Position numbers and translations under genes: made by a program. A stretch of DNA of 64,000 nucleotides from Ginglymostoma cirratum (Eukaryota), in the NCBI GenBank assembly GCA_024137785.1, contig JAHRHZ010000021.1:36407126-36471125 (forward strand). The letters are read 5' to 3'. Below are positions 39,411 through 51,029 of this stretch, in pieces. How positions within the stretch are numbered: position 1 is the first letter of the stretch; every line of letters begins with the position of its first letter. The notes beneath the pieces were generated by a model. It had not been told where the DNA came from and ran no database searches. It saw nothing but the letters and a program-made list of their open reading frames with translations.

Positions 39411-40934
39411 CAAAAACAAGCCAGCTCGGTGAGCAACTCAACAACCCCATCCACATCCCAAGTTACAGATCTTTGCCTGCATTTACTTTGGATCAAACAG
39501 GGGAGAAATTGGACCATCTTGTATCCAGTTTCTGGGCAGAAAACAGGTGCAATGAGGCAGCCAATCTCCCATACTTGAATTGCAGAAGAAACACATTTGT
39601 CACCAAACTGGTTCTAGTGTTACAGAGCAAACCTTAACAACTTTTCAAAATAGTCATCATGCACCTTTACTGAACAACAGTTTTAAGGTGCAAGCAGAAA
39701 ATTGGTTTGGTTGACTTCTGCCACATCCAAGATTATCTGATTTGCATGTAACCTAACCAACAGCTATTGAAAGGATCACTTGACATTGGCATCAAAATTA
39801 TAAGTTTAGACAATGTTTAATCTGCTTAATGTGGAGCCAGCTCAATATTAACACCAGTCACCATTCATGCACCTTCCCTCCTGACTGTCCCTTCTCCTAC
39901 ACACCTAACTCACCTCACCTGGAACACGCTATCAAATCATCTCTGAATAGCAATTAGCACCCATGTTTACCAATACCATAGGAAAAAAGACTAGGGGACC
40001 AATTCACTGTGGCCCTGCCACTGGTCTCATGAGGCAAACTATTCTGAGATTGTCCAATTTCTAGACTGCGGTTTGACTCTTGAAATTCATTAAAATTTCA
40101 TATGCAATTGTATTGTGTTTAAATGTTAATTGAACAATTCGGAAAATAAAGGAGAAAAGAAAAGTTGCACCAGGGGTCTTTATATGCTTGTGAGTTGTCC
40201 CTTAACTTGGCTGTACTAAAAATGTAAGACAGCACCCATTAGTCCTGATACAGTGACGTATATTTTAAAATTTTATATTTTATATTTTCTCCTACATTCA
40301 TCAGTTTGTTCTGCAGCTATTTCTTTACAGCAGCCAAATATTAATGAGTTATTGGCCAAAGTTGGAATAAAAATGAAATTTTGATTTAAAGTTAAATACA
40401 AATTATGTTATTGGTAGCGCAATATTATTCAAATATCAGCTGTTTACTCATGTGCGAAATAATAGCATGATGCCAATTTGATTGATCTCAATGACTCACT
40501 GCAATAACTTCTGAACAATCACAGTACTAGGGAACTCACAAATTTGAGTCTCTGACAAGTTTGATATAGGCTTGGGGTCAATATAAATGAAAGGAATTTA
40601 TCAGTAATCTTGCTTTACGCAGCAGTTTAAATGCACTGTGTTTACATACTGACAGACAAATGACAATTTTCTATTTTTGTTCGCTCTTACAGTATGTATG
40701 CTCCAGATGGTCTGCCTCAGCAATGACTTTAAATGAAATTTGCACATCTTTTTTATTATAAGATTTTTTTGGGATTTTTTTATTATCCAGTTTGCTTCGT
40801 TCAATATCAGAGAGAGAAAGCGCAGATCTGTGGGTAAGCAGTAGTGTATTTTGGCCTTTTTTTTGTATGAGACAATTGTATATTGTTATAAAAATGCTGT
40901 GAACCCCCTTTAGCACGGAAGTATATTTTCTGCA

Positions 40935-42830
40935 TTTTTTTTATTAATAGGATGTGAGCTTCGCTGATTAGGTCACAATTTAATGCTCATTATTACTTGT
41001 CCTTAAGATGCTGGTGAGCTGCCTTCTTGAATCACTGCATTCCTTGGGGTGTTATGAAGGGAGTTCCAGGAATTTGACCTTACAACAGTGAATTAACAGC
41101 AATGTAGTTCTAAGTAAGTATGGTTTGTGACTTGGAGAGGATCTTGCTGTTCGTGGCATTCCAATGATCTGCTGGCCTTGTCCTTCTAGTTAGTAGAGGT
41201 TCCAGATTTGGCAGTTGCTTACAAAGGTACCTTGATAAGTTCCTGCAGTACAGCTTGTAAATGGTCCATTCTGCTGCCACTGTGTGCCAGTGGTGAAGGG
41301 AGTGAATAGTAAAAGTGGCAGATGAGGTACCAATCAAGCAGAGTGCTTTCACCTAACTGGTACTGAGCTTCTTGAATGCTGTTGGAGCTGCACCCATCCA
41401 GGCCAGTGTGGAGAATTCCATTGCACACTCCTGACTTGTGCCTGTACATGATGGGTAGGCTTTGGAAGTAAGGATATGAATTATTCATTTCAAAATTCCA
41501 AATTCTGAGTAGACCAACCCTTGAAGCTGTTTTGTTCATGTGGCTTGTCACTTCAGTTTTGGTTCAGTGGAAGTCACGGGAGTTGATAGGAGATTCAACG
41601 ATGGTGATGCCTTTGAATGTCAAGAAAGGATGTCAAGAAAGGATGCACTGTTATTTGAGATGAGAAGTGTCTGTCACGTGTGGTGTGAATGTTACTTGCC
41701 CATCGTCAACCCAGTCTTGGGTACTGTCCAGGTCTTGCTAGATATGGACAGGGTCTGCGTTAGTTTCTGAGGAGTGAGAATGGTTCTGAACATTGTGCAA
41801 TCATCAGCAAACATCTCCACTTCTGACTTTAGGATGGAGAGAAGGTCTTTGATGAAGCAGCTGAAGATGGTTGGGTCCAGGACACTACCCTAAGGAACTC
41901 CTGCAGTGATGTCCTGGAACTGAGATGACTGACCTCCAATAACGATCACCATAACCATCTTCCTTTGTATCAGTTCTGAAGCCAACAAGTGTAGAATGTT
42001 CCCCTGATTCCCATTGACTTCAGTTTTGTTTGGGTTCTTTTTGGCAGATCCGTTCAAATGCAGTCTTAATGTCAGGGGTAGTCACTAGCAGCTCACCTCT
42101 GGAATTCAGCTCTTTTGTCCATATTGGAACCAAGGCTGTGATGAGGTCAGGAGCTGTGTGGCCCTGGAGGAACCCAAACTGTACATCACTGAGCAGGTTA
42201 TTGCTGAACAGGTGCTGCTTGATAGCACTGTTGATGACACCTTCCATCACTTTACTGATGATTGATGAATGGGGCACTAATTCACCCAGATTAGATTTGT
42301 CCTGGTTTTTGTGTACATACCTGGACAATTTTCCACATTGTTGGATGGATATCAGTGTTGTAGCTATATTAGAACGGCTTGACTAGAGGTATGGCAGGCT
42401 CTGGAATGCAAATGTTCAATACTGTTGTCAGGGGCCACAGTCTTTGCAGTATCCAGAGCCATCAGCTCTTTCTTGATATCACGTGGAGTGAATTGAATTG
42501 GATCTGTGATGCTGGGGATTCCTGGAGGAGGCCAAGGTGGTTCTTCCATTTGACACTTGGAGCCAGAAGATTGCTGCAAATATCTCAGCCTTATCTTTAG
42601 CACTGTTATTCTGATTTGTCATCATTAATGATGGAGATATTAGTAGAGCTTCCTCCTCTATTAAGTTGTTTAGTTGTCTACCACAATTCACGACTGGATG
42701 TGACAGGACTGCAGAGCTTAGATTTGATCTAGTGGTGTACAATAACTTATTATAAAATTAATTCCTTGCTGCTGCTGTTATGCATTTAACATTAAAATCT
42801 GACTTCAATGAGTTCACTGCAGTTGCTTCA
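40935..42830 (-). mobile_element. CR1/L2-clade LINE, RT domain to the 3' end, decayed
   Basis: SIISKVMEGVINSAIKQHLFSNNLLSDVQFGFLQGHTAPDLITALV...DIKTAFERI and IKKELMALDTAKTVAPD. Confidence 0.9.
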
Positions 42831-43379
42831 ACATATCTGGCCTTGGGATTGGAGAAACATCGGCCCGAATTCACTCCATTATCATTTTGCTGGAAACATA
42901 TATATATATTGGTATATGGTAAGAAAAAAAAGAAAAAGTCTTGACTGAAATGTAACACATGAATCGAAAACTTTCAGAAGATTATTGCTCTGAGGCATAA
43001 TTGAAGAATGGATGTGTGTAGAAAATATCATGGAGAACTATCAATGCCACGGCAGGATATTTACCATATGTCTTTAGAAAAGGCAAAATTGTTCTCTGCA
43101 TTTTGCTAAGTCTTATTGAGTATAATTAAAAATTAATATGATGTATTTTTAATGGCAGTTTTAAAATTTGTCTCAAATTATTTCATATGTTTGTTCTGCT
43201 AGCACTCAGTTTTCAGTGACTGAGAGAATTCTGCATGACATGGTCCAATATTTGCATACCTTTTGGCCTACAGCATGACAGAAAAGTAAAGTAGTTGTAA
43301 TATAGCTGCGACAAAATGGAGGAAGGCTGGAATTTGAGAAGAAGCATTTTTAACCTCAATGTTATGGCCGTGTCAGCCC

Positions 43380-43960
43380 AGAATATTGAGGAAGCAATGC
43401 TGCAACATGAATGTCACTAAGGACTCATGCTAGACGTCTGTGCCTATGGAATACCTCATTGAAACCTGCCACAAGCTGCATCAAAAACTCCTGTCAATCA
43501 TGGTTAACTGTATGCATGAACATTTATGCATCTTGCTCCTTCCAAGCTGGAGCAGGTATCATCTTAATTTTGCTATTAACTGTTGCACAAGGGAGCTTAC
43601 AGTGACTGTACATCCCAAAGGAACTGAATATATCTCATTCTTTCTTACCAGAGAAAAATAGATGGAGAAACACCTTGGATAGTTTCAGGTTTTTCATGCA
43701 TGCGGCGTGCCATTGAATGGACACAAATTATTTTGCAGGTGCTATGTGTTATTTCTGACATATACCATAGCCAGGAAGCATTCCATATCCTCAATGTACA
43801 GCTGATGTGTGGCCATTAAGTCAAGTGTATGATACAAGACCGTATATGAGATCCTGGCAGCTGCTATGATGCTTTCATTCTACAAAGATACACTACGTCA
43901 TCTATATAAACTATCAGTGCTGGAACACATGGCAGTGGCTGAAAAATCCTCCCCAAAATC
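43380..43960 (+). mobile_element. Very old Harbinger-like transposase remnant
   Basis: Fragment resembling GFP.V.GAIDCTH (gtttcaggtttttcatgcatgcggcgtgccattgaatggacaca). Otherwise degenerate. Confidence 0.4.
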
Positions 43961-44876
43961 ATCTAACGGCCTAAGAGGTTACAACAGGTGTTGGAGGAGG
44001 CAAGGGAATTGCAAGATGGATGTGGGGAAATTGGAAGGCTGCAGGGGAATGTTGAAGGACAAAGATGCTGTGAGAGTTGTGATTCAAGGAGGCTGCAAGC
44101 TGGTGGTGGAAATGGAGAAGGTGCAACGGGGATAGGTCAGGGTTGTGGTAAATGAGGAAGATAGGAAGACTACAAAAGGAATGGGCAAGAAAGGGCTGCA
44201 AGGGTTTGGGAGTTGATAGGAAGTCTGTAAAGAGAAGTGAAGAATTTCAAACTTGTGAAAAACGGGTCATACAACTTGCTAAGAAAGAGGAAAATCTGAA
44301 ATCATGTAGGTGATGAATTACTTGCAAATGAATAGGCTTTCTGGCTTAGGGCTGCATATAGGGCAACATGTAGTGGATGCCATTGTATTCAATATAGTGT
44401 CAATTATTAAGTTTAAATCTGAAATTGAAATCTAAAAGTCAGTAAAAAGAGTTGTAAATACTTGGTTAAAGTCTTCCAGCTTTGTCATTGTGCGATGGAA
44501 ATGCATTAGCTGTGATCTCACCAATGCGGAAGATATATTTAAGGTGGTGGATTTTGTGTGTAGGTGTGTGCATCAGCTATTCTGAAGAAAACTGTTTCTA
44601 ACTTTTGTTTGTTGCCTTGTGCCAGATTAAATACTGTGAAATTTATACTTTTTTGTGTGTTGTGGCTCTAATTTTAATGGACAGTGGATAATTATTCAGG
44701 ATATTGATGAATTCTTCCAGTTCTGCTTCTGTAAATCCAAATTCCCCATGCACCAACACAACTACAAAATATACTTGACATCATTGCAGCACCTAATAAA
44801 GGTCTTGGTGAGAATGAGAATGACTGTGTAAATAAATAAGAAACCCCCAAAATCAAATAAAAACCTTCAAAAGGAG

Positions 44877-45598
44877 CTACTGGAAAAAGAAATAAATAGG
44901 GAGAGAGGGGGAGGTGGATAGAGGATGGATAGAGGAGAGGATAGGTGGAGAGGAGGCAGACAAGTCGAAGAGGTGGGGATGGAGCCAGTAAAGGTGAGTG
45001 TAGGTAGGGGAGTAGGGAGGAGATAGGTCAGTCCAGGGAGGACGGACAGGTCAAGGGGGCGGGATGATGTTAGTAGATAGGAGATGGGGGTGTGGCTTGA
45101 GGTGAGAGGAAAAACAGGTCCTGCAATGCCACAGTGATGCCACCCGAAGGCTGCAGGAACAGCAAATCATATTCAGCCTGGGAACCCTGCAGCCCAATGG
45201 CACCAATGTGGATTTCACAAGCTTCAAAATCTCCCCTCCCCCAACCGCATCCCAGAACCAGCCCAGCTCATCCCCACCTCCCTAACCTGTTCTTCCTCTC
45301 ACCCCAAGCCACACCCCCATCTCCTATCTACTAACATCATCCCGCCCCCTTGACCTGTCCGTCCTCCCTGGACTGACCTATCTCCTCCCTACCCCCCTAC
45401 CTACACTCACCTTTACTGGCTCCATCCCCGCCTCTTCGACTTGTCTGCCTCCTCTCCACCTATCCTCTCCTCTATCCATCCTCTATCCGCCTCCCCCTCT
45501 CTCCCTATTTATTTGACCTGCTGTGTTCATCCAGCCCCATGCTTGTTATCTTGGATTCTCCAGCATCTGCAGTACCTTTTATCTACTGGAAAAAGAAA
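44877..45598 (+). mobile_element. Penelope-like 3' end with ~230-bp inverted arms (family A)
   Basis: Arms 44890-45119 / 45285-45514. The spacer translates LQCHSDATRRLQEQQIIFSLGTLQPNGTNVDFTSFKISPPP (GIY-YIG C-terminus). Family A tail present. 16-bp TSD ctactggaaaaagaaa (44877-44892 / 45583-45598). Confidence 0.9.
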
Positions 45599-46245
45599 AT
45601 TGTGTTCAATTTGCCATTTTGATAAAATAGAGGATTTCTGTTAGGCAACAAAAGCTATCTACTGGCCACATGGTTCATGACTATGGTGCACAACCCATGC
45701 TGTCATGGGCAACATAATCATACATGTATCATAAAAGCCTTGTTGCCACATGAAATGTGTTCTGTAATCTATCATCTGATGTCATGCAGTGTCAGCACCT
45801 TAGCTGATGGCACCAAATGTCTGAATTAGTGATTGTGTTTTTTCCGCATTGTTTTCTTTCCCTTTCATCTTTCTTCTTCCCCATTGTAGGTCTTGAGTGC
45901 CTGAAAAGAGAGAGTCAAGAAACAAAGGTTGTTGTGAGAGGAGGCAGGAGGGAAAGGAAGAGGTTGCTGCTTAGAGCACATGCAAATTATAGATGTAGGA
46001 AACATGTGATGTGCGTAAGAGAGCTAGGTGTGAGAATACCATTGTATTTGATGGCGACAGCCCTGTCATTGGCCATAGGACCAGTAATAGCTGCCCCATT
46101 GATGACAGCTACAATGTTACCCATGTGCGTGAGAATATTCCATGCTGCTGGTCCTCAGCTAGGTATGTATTGCTAACTGAGATTGTAGATTTACCTCTGT
46201 CCTGACAAGAAATAGCAAATTATGTTACTGCATGTACTGTCTGGA

Positions 46246-46337
46246 CTGAAGAAGGGTCCAGACCCGAAGCGTCAGGTTTCCTGCTCCTCTGATGCTGACT
46301 GGCCTGCTGTGTTCATCCAGCTCCACACCTTGTTATC
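46246..46337 (+). mobile_element. Penelope-like 3' fragment starting at a hammerhead core
   Basis: ctgaaga-a-gggtc-ca-gaccc-gaagcgtc followed by a family A-like arm (gcctgctgtgttcatccagctccacaccttgttatc). Confidence 0.8.
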
Positions 46338-46534
46338 ATCTACTTATAATACGATTTCAAAGATTTTCAAACATACATTAGAAGTATAATCTCGTTAATC
46401 CCAAAACAGTCTTTTATACTTTGAAAAGAAACAAAATAGCCTTTGTATAGTACTCAGAACACATCCCTGGCTCAGAATCCAAAACAACACTCATACAATA
46501 CACCAGTCTTGGTATATGCCAATTGGAAAAGTTT

Positions 46535-46910
46535 GTAGAGTCATAGAGTCATATAGCATAGAAACATACCCTACGGTCCAACTAGTCCATACTGACCAAG
46601 TTTCCCAAACCAGAACTAATCCCACTTGCCTGCACTTGGCCCAAATCCCTCTACACCTTTCCTATTCATGTACCTGTCCAAATGTCTTTTAAATGTTGTG
46701 ACTGTACCTGCATCTACCACTTCCTCTGGCAGCTCATTCCACGTATAAACCACCCTCTGTGTGAAACAGTTGACTCTTAGGTCCCTTTTAAGTCTTTCAG
46801 CTCTCACTTTTAAAATATGCCCCCTAGTTTTGAACTCTCCCACCCTTGAGAAAAGACCTTTGCTATTCACCTTATCCATATATCTCATAATTTTATAAAC
46901 ATCTATAAGT
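46535..46910 (-). mobile_element. CR1 LINE 3' end
   Basis: KTRGHILKVRAERLKRDLRVNCFTQRVVYTWNELPEEVVDAGTVTTFKRHLDRYM, followed by a gactctatgactcta tail. Confidence 0.9.
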
Positions 46911-49019
46911 CATTTGTGACTTCAACATTTAGACTAGAACAGCAGAAAGCTTCTCCCTGGAGCAATCATATACCTGAGCTTCAATGTACTCAATTTTAGG
47001 TAACCTCTTCAGGGTTTTATCCCAACACTTCTGGTCTGGGATCAACTCTAACTCCTCACTCTAAGATAACCTAATTCACTATATAACCTTCCCTTCTCAG
47101 GAGCATGGACTTGTACAGCCATCCAATTACAAGTACTTCACAGGACTGCACCACTCAAAGTAAAAACTGAAACCTAAAAGTCTCCCTCACTAAGTTATGG
47201 ATCTTTCCCTTATGCTGTCAAAGCAAAACAAAAATGTTTTAGAAGTCTCTAACAAACCCGTGGTCCCATTATTTACCTTACTAGGCCAAAAAAAGTCTAA
47301 AATAAAGTCCATTAGGAATGCACAAAACCAATTTATTCTAAATCCAGGTCTCAAAACTGTTTTAAAAGAAATGACTGTGGCTACAGGAATACTTACTAGT
47401 TAACTTCAGACATCCAGAAAACCTATCGGTTATGAAGTGAAAATCCAAAAACCCAAATTTACAATAAATAATATTAAAAATGATATAATCCCAGTTTATA
47501 TCACACTAACTTAATATAAAGATATTGAACTTTTTGAACTTATAGAACCTATATTGTGATTATAGATTGTAAATAGATGAGGTCTAGCATTGATCCCTGT
47601 GGTAGTCCACTAGTAACAGCTTGTCAATTCAAAAATGACCAATTTTATCCCTACTCTCTGCTTTTATTTGTAACCAATCCTCTATCCATCCCAAATTGTT
47701 ACCCCAACACCATGAGCTCTTATTTTGTGCAAAGTACTGCTATTCCACCTCCCTTTTCTCCTTCCTATTCTTTCCTGAACACTTTGTATCTTTGAATAGC
47801 AAACATCCAGCCCTTCCCATTTTAAGCCATATTTTTGTTGTTGCCAACAACATCATATTCCCACAAGGCTATTTGTGCTCACCAACCATAACTACTTCAC
47901 TTTGAGCATCCACTTACATACATTATAAACATGTCTCTATATTCCTCATGGTCTTTCTTAGTCTGCTGTCTTAGATGGAACTCTCCCTTCTCTAGTATTT
48001 TGTAACACTTTGACCTTATGCACCTTATCCCTCCTTTCCACTTTGAAATACAAACATCCGTCCCTCCTAATTTAAACCGTTCCCAACCACACTAGTGAAT
48101 CTGCTCTTTGGAACCATGTCAATGATTCGATTCCTTTAGAATTGGTGCCTTGTATCTTAGAACTAGTCCCAGGGAGAATTGGAATCCAAGAATTGGAAGC
48201 TCTGTTTTTGGATCATTCATCAAACCATTCAAGGATTCTCACCGTTTTCGTATTTCTAGTCTCCCTGATGTGTGGTTTTGAGAAGTAAAATCAGAGATCA
48301 CTACATTAAAGGTCCGACTTTTAAACTTACACCCTAGCACCAGAAAATCTGACCTTAGGACTTCAACGCCTTCTCTTTTATGTCAGTCACAAGATGAAAT
48401 TCAACATGTGAGAAAAGCAACATCAATGAGACTGGAACACAGGCCTCTAGCTTTCTGAAATGTGAGATTCCAACTTAAAAGGAGTGATCTCAGAGTTGTA
48501 CATATTTCAGCAAAAGAAAAGAAAATTTAGAAAGCTCTTTAGAATGCTGAGAGGCGTGGATACTGTGAAAAGGCCACACTATCTGAAATGTTGCATTTGG
48601 ACTAAAATCAGCAATCCTGTTTATTTTCAAGTAGGATAATTACATGGAAAGAGGAAAACACAGCAAGATACTTATGGTAGGACTCCTTAGAGAACAGTTA
48701 AGATTGAATCAGTCCACAAGGGTTTAATTTATTTACCAGAAGGCATTAAAAATGTCTTTTAAAAAGACGTTTGAGGAAAACAGCCCTCTGTGGTCTTGTT
48801 TATATAGGGTAAGAATTCTTAGTCATTACATAGTTCAGTAGATTTTCAATCAGTAACACTTTACACCCAAACAGCTAGAAGTGGGGCCCAGGCAGGCAAA
48901 ATGAAAATGTTCTCTTTTTGCACATCCATTGTAATTATGTGTAATTACAAGTGCAGATTTTAAATGTCCAAGAAGCATTCATGTGATATAAAGATAATTT
49001 TATATGTAATTCGTACAAT

Positions 49020-49610
49020 CATTGAATAGTTACGACATAAAAGGAGGCCATTCAGCCAAATGTGTCCATACTGACTTTTAGTGCCACTCTCCTTCCTTTT
49101 CTCTGAAACACTGTAAATGTTATTGCTTCAGATAATTATATAATTTTCTTTAAAAAACCTCATTTTAATCTTCCTCCAGCACAATGTCAAGCAGAGCACT
49201 TCAGATCCTAACCACATGTTGTGTAAAAAGATTTTCATCACAACACCATTACTTCTCTTGATAATTATCTCAACCTTCTGGTTCTCAATCATTCTGCCAG
49301 AAGGAACAGTTTCCTTTCACCTATTCTGTCCAGATCCCTCATAATGTTGAAAACCTATCAAATCTCCTCTTAATCTCCTCTTAATCTTCTCTTTGCTTCT
49401 CCAAACATCTATGCATCTAACTGAATTTTCTCATCCCTAGAATTATTCTCATGAATCTCTTCTATACCCTTTCTAATGTCTTCAAATCCTTTTAAAGTGT
49501 GGTGCCCAAAATTGAACACAGTATCCTGCTGAGGTCAGACTTGGGTTTTACATAGGATCATCATAAGTTGCAAGCTTTTGTATGTTATACCTCCATTTAT
49601 AAAGCCCCAT
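49020..49610 (-). mobile_element. CR1 LINE 3' fragment, old
   Basis: Degenerate homolog of 46535-46910. Another copy lies at ~50440-50950. Confidence 0.6.
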
Positions 49611-49744
49611 TTGAAATTTAAAATGGACGATTAAGGAGTAATACCATCATCAGAGCAAAGTTGGGGGAGATAATTTTAGAAAGTCATTGAAATGATTCAA
49701 AAGGCATCTAACGAATTGACAGCCCTTACTACATCTAAAAGGAA

Positions 49745-49880
49745 AAGGAAAATAAAATACTGCAAATGTTGGAGATCTGAAATAAAACCAGAAAATTCTT
49801 GGAAAATTCAGTAGGTTTGGTAGAATATGTGGAGAGAGAAACATTGTTAATGTTTCAAGTTCACAATGACTGTTCTGGAA
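49745..49880 (-). mobile_element. Old Penelope-like 3' fragment (family C-like)
   Basis: aatactgcaaatgttggagatctgaaataaaaccagaaaatt...gttaatgtttc is a diverged homolog of 22880-22955 including the tail. Confidence 0.65.
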
Positions 49881-51029
49881 GGATTCTCCTTGAATCCTCT
49901 GTCTGAAGGAACACCTTCCATAATTATTTGTGAACAAGCACTGTACCGTGACTCTTAAGACTTGGAGTCTGGGCTTGGTTTTACTTCAATCAGAATGGAG
50001 ATTGAATGGATGTCGTTGGTGTTATTCAAACCCACATACTAGTGGTCTACGCGAATGAGCTAATAAGTCACTGATTATAACTTTAAGACATTAATTAATT
50101 TGTTCTGTGCCCCTCATTTCCTGCTACCTGTAAATAGAGAACCTGTGCCTAAAGAAATAGAATGCAGGTTCACCCACTCATCTATTAATTTTTAAGTGAA
50201 ACTTTCACCTATTTCCATCACACTTCTAGCCTCTGTTACATTTTACAGAAGTAGAGATATGACATGCAATATAAGTTATAGATGTCTGGCTTACATAAGT
50301 CCTGACACAAAAATCTATATTTATGTGCCAATTACATCAAGAAATTTAAAAAGTGCTGATATTTATATTCTGCCCCTTATGATCTCATGATGTCCCAAGG
50401 TGTTTTAATAATAATGTACTTTTCAAGTTTAGTCTCAGTTACACAGAATCACATTGAAAATACAGTACAGAAACAGGTCATCTCGCTCAATCAATCTGTG
50501 GTGTCACTAATGTACCATTGAGCCTCCTCTTACCTTTCCTCATATAATTCTATCAGCAGAATTCCTTACTGACTGTGGTAATAGGCTACACATTACTCAC
50601 CACTGTCTACATTAAGAAGTTTCTTGCAAATCTACTTGATTTGATTTATTAGTGATTAAATTGATGACCTGTAGATTTGCTCTTCCCCGAAAGGTTACCT
50701 AATAGTTTTGTTAGGTTAGCCCTTAGTCTTTACAAGAGGAAAGGCAGGCCTAGTCTGATTGACCATCCCTGAAATGTTTACCCTCACATTTATGGTTCAT
50801 CCTTGTAAATCATTTTTATACCCACTTGAATGCCTGTATATCCTTTCAATAATACAATAACCAAAACTGTACATAATATTCCAAGTGTGATCTAATCAAG
50901 ACACAATTAGGTTTAAAGTAGCTTCTCTACTTTTTAACCCTATTTAGAAACAAATGATAGTGCTTCATTTTATTTCATTCAATGGCCGTATTAATCTACT
51001 TTTTGTATATTTGTTTATGTACTTCAGTA

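Larger units (their letters stand above)
39248..39485 (+). mobile_element. Spacerless palindromic Penelope-like insertion (family D) with two inverted hammerheads
   Basis: ~95-bp arms 39261-39355 / 39356-39450, ~21-nt tail, and 14-bp TSD tttgcctgcattta (39248-39261 / 39472-39485). Confidence 0.85.
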
